Virus record (IMG/VR): IMGVR_UViG_3300037439_000116
Span: 4,562-68,561 of that record
Strand: one strand, 5' to 3'
From: a virus
Lineage: Duplodnaviria; Caudoviricetes
Length of the DNA: 64,000 nucleotides
Both the position numbers and the translations under genes were made by a program. The notes below the pieces were generated by a model. That model searched no databases. It saw nothing but the letters and a program-made list of their open reading frames with translations, and was not told where the DNA came from. Shown piece after piece: positions 63,953 to 64,000 of this stretch (its first letter is position 1; each line of letters starts with the position of its first letter).

Positions 63953-64000
63953 CTACGAGGCGGAGTGGACGGCGGCGACCAGGCTCATCGGGGTGGTGGG
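63953..64000 (-). CDS. partial CDS (3' end only)
   Basis: open frame entering from the window edge and ending TAG at 63953. Confidence 0.35.
   Translation of the reverse strand, partial: PTTPMSLVAAVHSAS

Overview
The window is a high-GC actinobacterial siphovirus genome or prophage. The host is probably a filamentous actinomycete, inferred from TraB, BldC-like and DUF397 genes. No host housekeeping genes, rRNA, tRNA or CRISPR array were seen. Bases 1-26.5 kb (+) hold recombination, replication and modification genes (YqaJ, DnaQ-like, ERF, SNF2-like helicase, two DNA methyltransferases, DnaN clamp, MazG-like, DUF3987-like ATPase next to an AT-rich origin candidate) plus many small accessory genes, including a globin. 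Bases 26.5-56.6 kb (+) hold terminase (class 3 intein), portal, a protease-MuF-scaffold fusion, capsid, a large head-appendage-like block, tail and lysis genes. Bases 56.6-64 kb (-) hold a leftward arm carrying a Streptomyces-plasmid/AICE-type conjugation module (traB FtsK/SpoIIIE translocase, traA-like gene, membrane genes, BldC/Xis-like HTH, clustered short repeats resembling clt). The best candidate for an undescribed system is this phage-conjugative element hybrid, which could spread both as virions and by TraB-mediated transfer between hyphae. Other highlights: an HNH endonuclease and a second ORF overprinted inside an uninterrupted C5 methyltransferase frame, an FN3 domain split between two structural genes, and a 7-copy GTGGGTACAGT promoter/operator box. 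No integrase or ParA is visible in the window. All family calls are from motif recognition by eye, not from database searches.
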